Assembly: GCA_963828525.1 (NCBI GenBank)
Contig: CAWHEP010000011.1
Coordinates: 96,001 to 160,000, forward strand
DNA: 64,000 bases
From: an uncultured Verrucomicrobiae bacterium
Lineage (GTDB): Bacteria > Verrucomicrobiota > Verrucomicrobiia > Chthoniobacterales > Chthoniobacteraceae
Reading direction: 5' to 3'
Shown in pieces: positions 21,740 to 31,630 of this stretch. The notes under the pieces are model-generated. The model was given only the letters and a program-made list of their open reading frames with translations, was not told where the DNA came from and did no database searches. Position 1 is the stretch's first letter, and each line of letters opens with the position of its first letter. Both the position numbers and the translations under genes were made by a program.

Positions 21740-22963
21740 CTAGGCTTCTTCCCTGCCATCCACCAGCATCCATTCCACCCAGCCCCAAAAGTGGATGATC
21801 TGGTCCAGCACCGTCGAAATCCCTCCGTTGAACGGCAGCGCAATCATGTCAGCAAAGGCGCCTGGTTTTAGAACGCCCAGGAGACCCTCCTGCTTTATGG
21901 CGCGGGCTGGATTCAGTGTCACTGTCTTCAAAAGCTCCCATGGTGAGAGCCATGTTTCATTCTTTTCCACAGCCTGCATCTCGGCGAAGAGGTTGAGCGA
22001 GTCGTTGCTCGCAAGGCTGTCTGTCCCAAGGCTCACAGGCAGGCCACGTTCGTGGAATTTCTGAAAAGCAAAAGGCGGATGATTGAAGTATTTGTGGCTG
22101 CGGGGGCAGTGAACAAAATGGATGGTTCCCGCCAATCCGGGCGCGGCCAGGAGATCGATGTCATCGTCGTCCAACCCGTTGGCGTGAGCAATGATCCAGC
22201 CTTGACCGATCAATTTGTTGACCAGCATGTTTCGAGTGGACGACCCATGCCCGCAATCGGTCATGTCGCGTCCGATCGAAGCCATAAAGTCATACAGCAG
22301 CCCCCTCCCGTGCCTGAACATTTCATTCTCCTCGTGTGATTCCGCCATGTGCGTTGTCAGAGGCATGCAGAGATCTTCTCCGCATGCATTCGCGAGGCGA
22401 TAAAGCTCCGGGGAAGCAGTGTAGGGCGAGTGAGGACTTAACCCGCGTCCACCCATCCAGCTTGCATCCTTTTCAAAAAACTTTAGGGCGCCCCCCACGA
22501 GTTCTTCGGTGGCGATGCAGTTCCTGATGTCGATTAACTCATAAAACCACCACGCCCGGATGGGTGGCGGCGGCATTGTCAGCATTAACTCCGGCACGGA
22601 TTCGACATTGAAAACGGTGGTAACTCCGGATTTCTTCAACTCCTCGAAACCGTTCGCAACAGCTCTCAGGTAGTCTTCTTCGTGGAGAGATCGCTTGATG
22701 GCGTTGATCCGGGCGATCCATTGGCTGAAACTTTGCTGCGGGTTGATCGCGCTGCGCATCATCGTGTAATCCAGGTGACAGTGCGCGTTGATAAGTCCCG
22801 GAAGGAGAACCTGTTCACCGAGGTCAATGACGGGTTCGTTTGATAGGTTCCGAATTTCGCTGAACGTTCCCGCCGCGCGAATGCGATTCCCCTCCACGAG
22901 GACAGCGCCGTTTTCGACCGGGGCGCCATCCATCGTGACGAGCGCCCGCGCCCGGTAAATCAT
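21740..22963 (-). CDS. Amidohydrolase-family deaminase (aminodeoxyfutalosine/SAH deaminase-like)
   Basis: INAHCHLD, SPHSPY, THMAES and LGTDSLASN motifs; start MIYRAR overlaps the upstream stop. Confidence 0.85.
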   Translation of the reverse strand: MIYRARALVTMDGAPVENGAVLVEGNRIRAAGTFSEIRNLSNEPVIDLGEQVLLPGLINAHCHLDYTMMRSAINPQQSFSQWIARINAIKRSLHEEDYLRAVANGFEELKKSGVTTVFNVESVPELMLTMPPPPIRAWWFYELIDIRNCIATEELVGGALKFFEKDASWMGGRGLSPHSPYTASPELYRLANACGEDLCMPLTTHMAESHEENEMFRHGRGLLYDFMASIGRDMTDCGHGSSTRNMLVNKLIGQGWIIAHANGLDDDDIDLLAAPGLAGTIHFVHCPRSHKYFNHPPFAFQKFHERGLPVSLGTDSLASNDSLNLFAEMQAVEKNETWLSPWELLKTVTLNPARAIKQEGLLGVLKPGAFADMIALPFNGGISTVLDQIIHFWGWVEWMLVDGREEA

Positions 22964-23613
22964 GGCGTGGCGCGCGCCTTTTTCACGACGCTCCGCGCAG
23001 CCGCTACGAAAAGGTTGCACGCTTCCGCGCAGAGGAGGGGAACGGCGCCTGCCACCCGAGGGGACGCGAGAAACTTCTCTCGCGGCAGAGTTGTGATGAA
23101 GGTGTCCTCGTCCAACCGCCACAGGATCGTCTTCAGACACCCACCCTGTGAACTGCAAAACTTTCCCGCCAGCGCGTCGGCCTGCTGGTTGGAAATACAT
23201 TTCACAATTTCGTACATGCCCGACTGCCGCTCCGCCGTTTGTCGAAAGCAAACCGGGAGCAATTTTCCGTGCTCATGCGCTTCCCACATTCCGATGGCTG
23301 CGGGATAGAAGAAATCCAGCGCGAGCCGGAGTTGTTTTATTCCTACGACGCGCAAAATCCAGCCATGCCGCAAATTCGGCGCGCTCTTTAGCGGGCGGTA
23401 TTTGCCGCCATCGTCATTTTTTCCTATCACCCTTGCGGCGACTGGCCCGGCAAACTTCTCCAGATTCACGCTCGCCGAATCCTGCCAGTGGAGCAGGTCG
23501 AACGATCCATCTTCGCTTCTGCGGATTTCCAACTCGCCAATCCTGGAGCACCCTGTCGCAACCCACTGCTCGAAGCTGCCGGAGGTCGGTGCCATCAAAG
23601 CTTCAGGCGGCAT
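22960..23613 (-). CDS. DR2241-family protein with Cys motif (putative Fe-S)
   Basis: DDGGKYRPLKSAPNLRHGW, FYPAA, RQSGMY and C..GGCLK..LCAEACN motifs. Confidence 0.7.
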   Translation of the reverse strand: MPPEALMAPTSGSFEQWVATGCSRIGELEIRRSEDGSFDLLHWQDSASVNLEKFAGPVAARVIGKNDDGGKYRPLKSAPNLRHGWILRVVGIKQLRLALDFFYPAAIGMWEAHEHGKLLPVCFRQTAERQSGMYEIVKCISNQQADALAGKFCSSQGGCLKTILWRLDEDTFITTLPREKFLASPRVAGAVPLLCAEACNLFVAAARSVVKKARATP

Positions 23614-24427
23614 GACGTGAAGCAGGGGCGTTCGCCGCGTCGAAGGCGACGACCTGGTCCAGGATGACATCCGCGAAGAGCGCTTCCGTGCCGATGGCGC
23701 TCGCATAGTAGAGTTGCCGCCCCTGCAACAAATAGGGATTACGGCGGAAAACATCCCGTTCGCTGGCCGCTCCACCGATCTCCGCTTCCATGCCCAGCAA
23801 CACAGGAATGTCCTGGTAGCTGTGAAGTCCATCGGCAACAAAAAAAGGAACGGCAATTACATGCGGTTGCGAGGTGAGTTTCGCCCAGTCCGCCACAAAA
23901 GGGGACTCTTCCATAAATGCGCCCACCACCTCCGCGTAGAGGTTGGCTGATTTGATGCGCTCCACCTGTTGCAAGACTGCCGCCGCTGAGTTGTCATTTA
24001 GATTCGTCCCGTGGCCTATTATCATCAAACTTGCCTCGCGAAGAGGAACAGCAGGCGCGACTTCGGCTGCTCGCTTTAGCAGAACCTCGGTCATCCTGAC
24101 GTGATTTCCGACCGGTTCGCAATATTTGATCTGGCGCCCGTCTCGGATTGTCATAGCGCCGGTAAGTTCCAGCTCCCGGGGAATCACCGTCCGCGTGAAG
24201 TAACCCTCGCTGATGAAGTTCGGCACTACATAAACCTCCTCACTCCGGGCCATGTAGAGCACCTGACGGAGGCTGGGCTCTTCCTTCCAGAAAGCGCAAT
24301 AGACCTCGGCGAAAACATCCCGATCCCGGATGGCGTCCGCATGCGTGAATGTAGGCGCGCTGGAATCGGGGTTCACCGTGGAGCCATGCCCAACAACGAT
24401 CAACGCGCTGCGAGGTTTGGAAATCAT
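23603..24427 (-). CDS. CbiX/SirB-like chelatase-fold protein
   Basis: VVGHGS, AFWKEEP, VPNFISEGYF, second repeat IIGHGT..VPFFVADGLH. Confidence 0.8.
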   Translation of the reverse strand: MISKPRSALIVVGHGSTVNPDSSAPTFTHADAIRDRDVFAEVYCAFWKEEPSLRQVLYMARSEEVYVVPNFISEGYFTRTVIPRELELTGAMTIRDGRQIKYCEPVGNHVRMTEVLLKRAAEVAPAVPLREASLMIIGHGTNLNDNSAAAVLQQVERIKSANLYAEVVGAFMEESPFVADWAKLTSQPHVIAVPFFVADGLHSYQDIPVLLGMEAEIGGAASERDVFRRNPYLLQGRQLYYASAIGTEALFADVILDQVVAFDAANAPASRHAA

Positions 24428-24493
24428 CGCGGTAACTTAAAGACGATGCAAAAAGTAGCAAGCCGCGCGGAGGCAAAGAGCGCGCCACCTCCT

Positions 24494-25195
24494 TCAATTC
24501 TCTCTTAGAAACCGCAAAAGAAATTCTGTCAGATGCCGCCGCGCCAGTGTCACGTTTCCGACGAATTTTATGAAAGGAGCGACGCGACCGGGATGCGTCG
24601 CCAAATAGAACAGCAGACTGGCAACCCGTGGGCGTTGCCGAACAGGGTCGAACCATACGTGGTAAGGGGCAGCCAGCGTATCCCCAGCCGCGTCGCTGAC
24701 GGAGCGCACGGCCAGCAGTGGCACGCGCCGTTCGCCGAGAGCCTTGGAAATCGTCTCGGTTTCCATGTCAACGGCGGAGGCGCCTGTCTCCTCGCGGAGG
24801 GCCTCTTTTGCCTCCCGACATTCTACTACGGACGCCTGGCTGGTAAGCATACCCGCCGCGATCCCCGGCTGAGCCAGCCGCGCTTTTGCGCTCAGCCCAT
24901 CCTCTGAATAATTAGTTGCCAGGATTAGTTGACCCGCTTGGAGCCGCGGATCCAGTCCTCCGGCAAAACCCGCTGCTATTACGAATTCGAATTCCTCATT
25001 GAACAGGGCTGCGATGCGCGCTCCGCATGAGACCGGCCCGACGCCTGTATGGAACACGAGGACGCTTCTGCCTTCAAGGTTGCCGCGAGTGACGGGCAGC
25101 GCGCCTCGTTCCAGGTGTTCGACGCCTTGGAGGCGGCGAACGAAGTCCTTGCTCTCCTCTGGAAGAGCAAAGGTGATGGCCACCTTGGATTTCAT
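24494..25195 (-). CDS. Nucleoside phosphorylase/MTA-SAH nucleosidase family (HpnG-like)
   Basis: FALPEE, TGVG, AGFAGGL, AVDMET and RSVSD motifs. Confidence 0.8.
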   Translation of the reverse strand: MKSKVAITFALPEESKDFVRRLQGVEHLERGALPVTRGNLEGRSVLVFHTGVGPVSCGARIAALFNEEFEFVIAAGFAGGLDPRLQAGQLILATNYSEDGLSAKARLAQPGIAAGMLTSQASVVECREAKEALREETGASAVDMETETISKALGERRVPLLAVRSVSDAAGDTLAAPYHVWFDPVRQRPRVASLLFYLATHPGRVAPFIKFVGNVTLARRHLTEFLLRFLREN

Positions 25196-25614
25196 CGAAT
25201 GCTCGCGCTGCCGGACAGAATGATGTCGATCAACTCCGTCGCGTCGCCCGGCGTTGCTTCAGAACCTCCTGTGCTGCCGCCAGTCAAAGCACTGCGGAAA
25301 GCGGCGGCACGACTCGAAGGAATGCTCGCGAGGACCTCGGCGCCGCCGCTGGCGTCTTTGCTTCTGAATGCCGTTCCCCCAGCGTCCGCGGCCATCTTTA
25401 TGATTCTGGCAGCCTGGCTGTCCATCTCCGCGACTGGGCAATTCACACGAATCTTTCCGCTGGTCAGGTCGGGGGCGGGCATCGATTCGCTGGCGGATTT
25501 TTCAAGGACCCCGCGCAGCGCCCCAATGTTCGCAACCGCCTTGGGTCGGGGCCAGAACATGACGATGAGAAGGCCAAAGCACGCCAGGACCGCCAATGTT
25601 GCTATCGTTTTCAT
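25192..25614 (-). CDS. Hypothetical membrane-anchored protein
   Basis: N-terminal hydrophobic helix; stop overlaps the next ATG (ATGA). Confidence 0.6.
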   Translation of the reverse strand: MKTIATLAVLACFGLLIVMFWPRPKAVANIGALRGVLEKSASESMPAPDLTSGKIRVNCPVAEMDSQAARIIKMAADAGGTAFRSKDASGGAEVLASIPSSRAAAFRSALTGGSTGGSEATPGDATELIDIILSGSASIR

Positions 25615-25707
25615 CGCAGATGCGTGTTTACGACTGAATTGCCGGTTAGCCAACAGTTTGCATCATCCTTCTTTTCAAATGGACACACTGCAACGAAACT
25701 CTGCGAC

Positions 25708-26358
25708 GTGAAAACGAAAGAAAGAGCCGCGGCGTTGATCACAGCCTTTCGGCAGGTTTATCCAGACGCGCGTTGTGAACTCAATTTCATCAACCCGTTC
25801 CAGCTTCTCATTGCTACGATCCTCTCCGCCCAATGCACGGACAAGAGGGTGAACCTCGTCACACCCGGTCTATTTCAGAAGTATCCGGGACCCAGCGAGA
25901 TGGCGTTGGCAAGCCAGGAGTCTCTGGAGGAGACGATTCGCTCAACCGGTTTTTTCCGAAATAAAGCCAGGAGTCTCCGAGCAGCGTCCGCCGATATCGT
26001 TCAGAAGCATGGGGGAGAAGTTCCCGCGACCATGGCTGAACTTATTGGCCTGGCAGGAGTGGGCCGCAAGACTGCGAACGTCGTGCTCGGCAACGCGTTC
26101 AACCGCGAGGAGGGAGTCGTCGTGGATACACACGTCGCGCGGCTCTCTTTTCGGCTTGGCCTTACAAAGGAAAGCGATCCGGAAAAGATAGAAGAGAAAT
26201 TGATGAAGCTCGTTCCCAGAACAGACTGGACAAACTTTAGCCACTGGCTGATCTGGCACGGGCGCCGCCGCTGTTACGCCCGCAGCCCGGACTGTGGCGG
26301 ATGTGAAGTCCAAAGCCTTTGTCCCACGGCGTTCAGGTGGGGAACAAAGAAGTCGTAG
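25708..26358 (+). CDS. nth: Endonuclease III
   Basis: LLIATILSAQCTD, HhH GVGRKTANV, VDTHV and C-x6-C-x2-C-x5-C Fe-S motif. Confidence 0.95.
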   Translation: MKTKERAAALITAFRQVYPDARCELNFINPFQLLIATILSAQCTDKRVNLVTPGLFQKYPGPSEMALASQESLEETIRSTGFFRNKARSLRAASADIVQKHGGEVPATMAELIGLAGVGRKTANVVLGNAFNREEGVVVDTHVARLSFRLGLTKESDPEKIEEKLMKLVPRTDWTNFSHWLIWHGRRRCYARSPDCGGCEVQSLCPTAFRWGTKKS

Positions 26359-26380
26359 TGTTGCGAACTTCCCCAGGAAT

Positions 26381-27028
26381 CTAGTCCCAGATCAAGAGTT
26401 GAACCGGGGTGGGATTGTAGGCGTTGCAGGGATTGTTCAATTGCGGGCAGTTGGAGATCAGCGCGACAACATCCATTTCGGCGCGCATCTCAACGTAACG
26501 TCCGCCTGCGCTGACGCCGTCTTCAAACGAGAGCCCTCCATCCGCGGTGACGGGCACGTTCATGAAGAAGTTGATGTTATGCGTAATGTCGCACTTCGTA
26601 ACGCCGCGCCCCCAGCGCGAGATGGTGATAAGGAAAGTGTCCCGGCAACTATGCATCCAACGTTTGTCCAATGAGTAACGGACCTGATTGCTTTCCGCGG
26701 CGCACGCGCCACCCAGCGTATCGTGGCGTCCGCACGTGTCTGCGACGATTGTCAGCAAAACATTTCCTTCGCTGGAGATAAGCTTGGAGCCGGTCGTGAG
26801 ATAAATCCCTTGCTGATTGCAAATAGTATCCTGGGCGCTGTACCGGTCGAGAAAATCGTGCGCGTTATAAAACAGCGTGTCGACGGCTTGATTTCCCTCG
26901 AGGTCCACGATCCGGAAGATCTGCCCGGCTCTGATCTCGTGCATCCAACCCTCGCCTGCCGGCAATGTATGATTGTAAGCAGCAGTCGACGGACTCAGCC
27001 CGCTCTCGGTGTAGATGAGAGTGCTCAT
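26381..27028 (-). CDS. Urea-carboxylase-associated protein 2 (DUF1989; CgdB-like)
   Basis: [27 protein letters not shown] and [11 protein letters not shown] motifs. Confidence 0.9.
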   Translation of the reverse strand: MSTLIYTESGLSPSTAAYNHTLPAGEGWMHEIRAGQIFRIVDLEGNQAVDTLFYNAHDFLDRYSAQDTICNQQGIYLTTGSKLISSEGNVLLTIVADTCGRHDTLGGACAAESNQVRYSLDKRWMHSCRDTFLITISRWGRGVTKCDITHNINFFMNVPVTADGGLSFEDGVSAGGRYVEMRAEMDVVALISNCPQLNNPCNAYNPTPVQLLIWD

Positions 27029-27034
27029 AAAAAA

Positions 27035-27768
27035 TCAGGCGGCGCCCGCGTAAAGGCGCTCGGAAAGGGCGAAAGCGCTTCCGTTTTCCGCGCGGAAAGT
27101 CCGGCAGAAATCATCCGGGGCGGGAGGCGGCGTTTTAAGAACCGTGAGCAAGACCGGCTTCGGGGAGTAGATGGGTGCGGGGTCGAGCGGGTGTTGGCAG
27201 GTATTCAGGACGACCAGGACATTTATTTCCGCCCGCAGTTCCACCGACGCGCCAGGCTGAGAATTTCCCGGGTGGAAAGCCAATCTTTCCGTTCTTCGTC
27301 GACATCGATCCGGCTGAAGAAGTTAACATTCGCCACGATGTCGCGTTTCCCGAGACCGTGTTTTCCGAGTTCGATGAGAAAGTTGTCATGAGCGTTTCTG
27401 AACCACTCATTTCTCTACGCCTGATACGAACCTACTCCGTATTTTCGCCGCACCATCGCGGCGATTTCCGTGGCCACCGAGTGGGTCATGCCAGCCGACG
27501 CTGTCCGCCGTAATTACGGAAAACAAAGCGCGTGGCCCATGTCACTCATGAGCACATGTCCGCGGGTGAGCATGGCGGTGTGCAAAGCTTTGAGAGTGTC
27601 CGGAAGGTTCAGGCGTTCAAGAGGGGCGTCCGCATTGTAGGCCATCAAACCCACATTAGTCCCACCCTCCGCGTCAATCAGCCGCAGCACCGAATGGCGT
27701 CGAAGAATCCAAGACCACATGCCGCCGCCGGGGACATCTTCTTCGAAAAGGAGCTTCTCGCTGCTCAT
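27035..27768 (-). CDS. Urea-carboxylase-associated protein 1 (DUF1989; CgdA-like), about four frameshifts
   Basis: ERLNLPDTLKA, MSDMG, GWHDPLGG, RDIVANVNFF and NTCQHPLDP motifs spread over several frames. Confidence 0.8.
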
Positions 27769-30700
27769 GGGCCGCAATTTAGCGTCAGGATCGGCTGCCC
27801 TGCAATGACAGGATTGCCTGGCGTCAGGATGAGTTCAGTGACGATGCCATCCACGGCGGCTTCCACGCTGACCTCCATCTTCATGGCTTCGATGACTGCG
27901 ACCTTCTGGCCTTTCGTGACCCTGTCGCCCACCCGCGCGGAAATTTGCCAGATGCTCCCGGTGATTGGCGACGATACAAACGCGCAGCCTTCCGGCAAGA
28001 CACGTTCTTCCGTCTCCACTTCTCCTTCCGCTTCCGCCGGCATGTTCATAGAGCCGTCTCTCGCCCAGCGATCACGCTCCTCTCCGAACGCGATCTTCTG
28101 GCGGTCTCTAAATTCGGCGATACTCCGCGCGTTTTCATTGAGGAACAACCGGTGCTCGCGCGCGGTGAAACTCCCTTCCTCAATCCGTAATTCCACCCGC
28201 CCCTTGCGAAAATCCTCTCTGAAGTCCAGGAGCTCGTCCTCTTCCATGGGATAAAATCGAACCTGATCGAAGAAGCGCAGCAGCCAGGGGTGCCCGGCCG
28301 TAAACTCCCGAGTTGTTTTGTAGATGTTCCAGACTGGCACGGTACGCCCGACGAGCTGGTAGCCGCCCGGTCCTTCCATGCCATAGATGCACATATAGAC
28401 TCCACCGATTCCGACCACATTTTCCACCGTCCACGTGCGGGCCGGATTGTATTTAGTAGTCACCAGCCGGTGCCGGGGATCGATCGGAACCGCGCATGGC
28501 GCTCCCAGATAGACATCGCCCAAGCCAAGCACCAAATAGCTGGCCTCAAAGACCGTGCGGCGCACTTGCTCCGCGCTGTCGAGCCCATTCATGCGGCGGA
28601 TGAACTCAATGTTACTTGGCAACCAGGGCGCCGAGGCCCGCACCGATTGTTCGTACTTGGAGATCGTCTGCCGAATCGCGATGTCGTCGTAAGACAACGG
28701 CAGATTTATGATCCGAGTGGGGACAGAAAGTTCATCGTTGGACGGAAGGTGGGTCTCGGCTTCGACCAATCTGTCCAGTAGATCGCTGAGCGAAATCGCG
28801 CGACTGTCGAAATTGATCTGTAAAGAGCGGACGCCTGGAGATAGCTCAATCACCCCTTCGACAGGATGGGCCCGCAGCCATTCCATAAGCGCGTGGACGC
28901 GAAAACGCAGCTCCAGATCAAGCTCAAGCGGCCCGTATTCAAGCAGGATATATTTGTCGCCCGCCTGTCTGTAAACGACTCCCGGACAGACTTCAGATGC
29001 CGCGATCCTGCGCAACACCGCCCCATCTGCCGTGCCTGGATTTGTCGCCAGATCGATGTTTGCGGGTTGAACGCGGAGGGTGGCTATGGCTGCATCCTGC
29101 CGCTTTTCCGCAGCCAGTGCCTCGCTGAATGTGCAACGAGCGAAATGAACGCTATCGCCTGGTCTCAGCTGCCCAATCTTCCATAGCTCGGCCTTGATGA
29201 TGGTAAATGGGCAGACAAAGCCTCCAAGGCTTGGGCCATCTTTGCCGAGAATGATCGGCATGTCTCCAGTGAAGCAGATGGTGCCGATGGCGTATTCAGT
29301 GTCGTGAATATTGGAAGGGTGCAGGCCTGCTTCACCGCCATCCTTGCGGGAAAAGACCGGGGAGGGCCCAATGAGCCTTATACCCGTGCGGCTTGAGTTG
29401 TAATGAACCTTCCAATCCACGGCGAGGAATGTCTGGATGAACTCTTCTGTAAAGAATTCGGGCGCCGCGTGCGGTCCCAAGAGCACGGCAATTTCCCATC
29501 TGGCTCCATATTCCGGGATCAGCCCGGCAGGTATTTCGCGAGCAGACGCCGGCGGCGCGACCTTGTCCTTCAAGTGAAGAACATCGCCATGGCGCAGGGT
29601 TCTTCCGGCATGGCCGCCGAACTTTCCCAAGGCAAATGTCGACTTGCTGCGAAGATAATCCGGCACGTCAAAGCCGCCGTGAACCGCCAGGTAAGCCCGG
29701 CAGCCGCCACTCTTCGCGGCCCGTATTGCAAGAATGCTATTCGCGCGGACTGGAATGTTCTTCCATAACGGAACCGGCGCTCCGTCGATCTCCGCCTGGA
29801 TCGGAGCTCCAGTCAGCGCGATACTCGTGTCGAGGTTGAACTTGAGCGTCGGACCGCCCAGGGTGATTTCCAATGCCGCCGCGGAGGATTCATTTCCTAG
29901 AACCGCGTTGGCCAGGCGGAACGCGTAATCATCCATCGGCCCGGAAGGGGGCACTCCCACTGACCAATACCCGACTCGGCCCGGGTAATCCTGTACGCTT
30001 GTTTGGGTGCCAGGCTCAAGCACATCGATAGTTAGAGATTGATAGGGGAAAGTATTAAGCCACTTTGTATGCACATCCCCGGCCTCGAACTCTTTGCTGG
30101 CCAGTATTTGCCGCAAGTATTCCAGGTTGCATTCAATCCCTGCGATCCGGGTTTCGGCGAGCGCGCTACGCAGCGAAGCCAGCGCAAGCTCCCGCGTGTC
30201 CGCTTTCACAATGATCTTCGCGATCATGGGATCATAGAATGGTGAAATTTCGCTCCCGGTTTCGACCCAAGTCTCTATGCGAGCGTTTTTGGGGAAGACA
30301 ACCTGTGTGAGCAAGCCGGAGCTTGGCTGAAGATTTTTGTTCGCGTCTTCCGCGTACAACCGCGCCTGGATCGACGCCCCACTCGAAGCGGGGACGTAGC
30401 CGGAAAGATCCAGTTCGCCGGCAGCCTGCAGCACCATCCATTCGACAAGATCCACGCCTGTGACTTCCTCGGTGACGCCATGTTCCACCTGCAAGCGCGT
30501 GTTCACCTCGAGGAAGTAGAATTTATGTTCCGACGCGTCGAATAGGAATTCGACTGTGCCTGCCGACTGGTAGTCTGCAGCCCGCGCGAGTCGCACCGAC
30601 GATTCGAGCAGCGCGGCGCGCGTCTCATCCCGCAGACCGTATGCGGGCGTCTCTTCCACCACCTTTTGGTTTCGCCTCTGGGCGGAGCAGTCGCGTTCGC

Positions 30701-31370
30701 CGAGCGCGACCACGTTCCCCCTGCCATCCCCGAAAATCTGCACTTCGATATGCCTTGCCGTTTCGACGAACTTCTCAAGAAAGACTCCCGCTTCCTTGAA
30801 AGCGGTCGCAGCCATGTGCTTTACGGAGTCGAAACCTCCCTCCAACTCTGCTTCGGTATGACAGACACGCATGCCGATCCCTCCGCCCCCGGCTGTGCTC
30901 TTTAGCATGACAGGGTAGCCAATGCGGTTTGCCTCGGTTCTCGCAGCCTGCAGGCTGTCCAGCAACTCGCTTCCTGGCAGCATCGGAATGCCGCTGTCCT
31001 GTGCCAGCGCGCGCGCCGTGTGCTTCAGGCCGAAATTGCGCATCTGCTCCGGTGTCGGGCCAATGAAGATAATCCCGCGAGATTTGCAGGCCTCCGCAAA
31101 TTCGGCATTCTCGCTTAGAAAACCGTATCCCGGGTGGATTGCCTCCGCTCCTGTCTCCGCTGCGGCGGAGAAGATTTTCTCAAAACTCAGGTAGCTTTCA
31201 ACCGCAGGTCCCTCGCCGATGCAAACAGCTCTGTCTGCCTGCATCACGTGCAGGGAACCAGAATCCGCTTTGGAATAGACCGCTACAGACTCAACGCGCA
31301 GCTTGCGGAGAGTTCGGATGACGCGGCATGCGATGGCGCCACGGTTGGCAATGAGAACTCTGGTGAACAT
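27765..31370 (-). CDS. uca: Urea/guanidine carboxylase (BC-CT-BCCP)
   Basis: IANRG, GGGGIG, EVNTRLQVEH, GVPPSGPMD, HPSNIHD, GMEGPGGYQL and biotin site EAMKME. Confidence 0.92.
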   Translation of the reverse strand: MFTRVLIANRGAIACRVIRTLRKLRVESVAVYSKADSGSLHVMQADRAVCIGEGPAVESYLSFEKIFSAAAETGAEAIHPGYGFLSENAEFAEACKSRGIIFIGPTPEQMRNFGLKHTARALAQDSGIPMLPGSELLDSLQAARTEANRIGYPVMLKSTAGGGGIGMRVCHTEAELEGGFDSVKHMAATAFKEAGVFLEKFVETARHIEVQIFGDGRGNVVALGERDCSAQRRNQKVVEETPAYGLRDETRAALLESSVRLARAADYQSAGTVEFLFDASEHKFYFLEVNTRLQVEHGVTEEVTGVDLVEWMVLQAAGELDLSGYVPASSGASIQARLYAEDANKNLQPSSGLLTQVVFPKNARIETWVETGSEISPFYDPMIAKIIVKADTRELALASLRSALAETRIAGIECNLEYLRQILASKEFEAGDVHTKWLNTFPYQSLTIDVLEPGTQTSVQDYPGRVGYWSVGVPPSGPMDDYAFRLANAVLGNESSAAALEITLGGPTLKFNLDTSIALTGAPIQAEIDGAPVPLWKNIPVRANSILAIRAAKSGGCRAYLAVHGGFDVPDYLRSKSTFALGKFGGHAGRTLRHGDVLHLKDKVAPPASAREIPAGLIPEYGARWEIAVLLGPHAAPEFFTEEFIQTFLAVDWKVHYNSSRTGIRLIGPSPVFSRKDGGEAGLHPSNIHDTEYAIGTICFTGDMPIILGKDGPSLGGFVCPFTIIKAELWKIGQLRPGDSVHFARCTFSEALAAEKRQDAAIATLRVQPANIDLATNPGTADGAVLRRIAASEVCPGVVYRQAGDKYILLEYGPLELDLELRFRVHALMEWLRAHPVEGVIELSPGVRSLQINFDSRAISLSDLLDRLVEAETHLPSNDELSVPTRIINLPLSYDDIAIRQTISKYEQSVRASAPWLPSNIEFIRRMNGLDSAEQVRRTVFEASYLVLGLGDVYLGAPCAVPIDPRHRLVTTKYNPARTWTVENVVGIGGVYMCIYGMEGPGGYQLVGRTVPVWNIYKTTREFTAGHPWLLRFFDQVRFYPMEEDELLDFREDFRKGRVELRIEEGSFTAREHRLFLNENARSIAEFRDRQKIAFGEERDRWARDGSMNMPAEAEGEVETEERVLPEGCAFVSSPITGSIWQISARVGDRVTKGQKVAVIEAMKMEVSVEAAVDGIVTELILTPGNPVIAGQPILTLNCGP

Positions 31371-31471
31371 GATCCCTTGAAAAGCCCTGACCGCGCATTC
31401 TTAATTTCGATTGCGCCGTTAGTCCAACGATTTGATTGCCGTCCGCGCCCGGCATCACGCCAGCGGCGCAA

Positions 31472-31630
31472 TCAAGGCTTGATCGCCACGATCTTTCCCC
31501 CGCGGGAAATATAGATCGGTGTGCCATGCATCCGGGCGACCTTGCGAGCTTCCAATGCCGACATTTTGAGGGCGCGTCCCACTCCGGCGGCGAAAGCCCT
31601 CATTTTTTTCTTTCGTTCTGTCGGATTCAT
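31472..31630 (-). CDS. 52-aa putative antitoxin partner of the zeta-like ATPase (not in the ORF track)
   Basis: MNPTERKKKMRAFAAGVGRALKMSALEARKVARMHGTPIYISRGGKIVAIKP; strong SD GGAGGTG; ATGA overlap with the upstream gene's corrected stop. Confidence 0.7.
   Translation of the reverse strand: MNPTERKKKMRAFAAGVGRALKMSALEARKVARMHGTPIYISRGGKIVAIKP

Noticed and set aside
31371..31480. Guanidine-III/II riboswitch upstream of the carboxylase (TGCGCCG...ACGGCGC resemblance)
   Set aside because: The spacing is too long and the ACGA-containing P1 or twin ACGR hairpins are not evident. It is recorded only as an inverted repeat.
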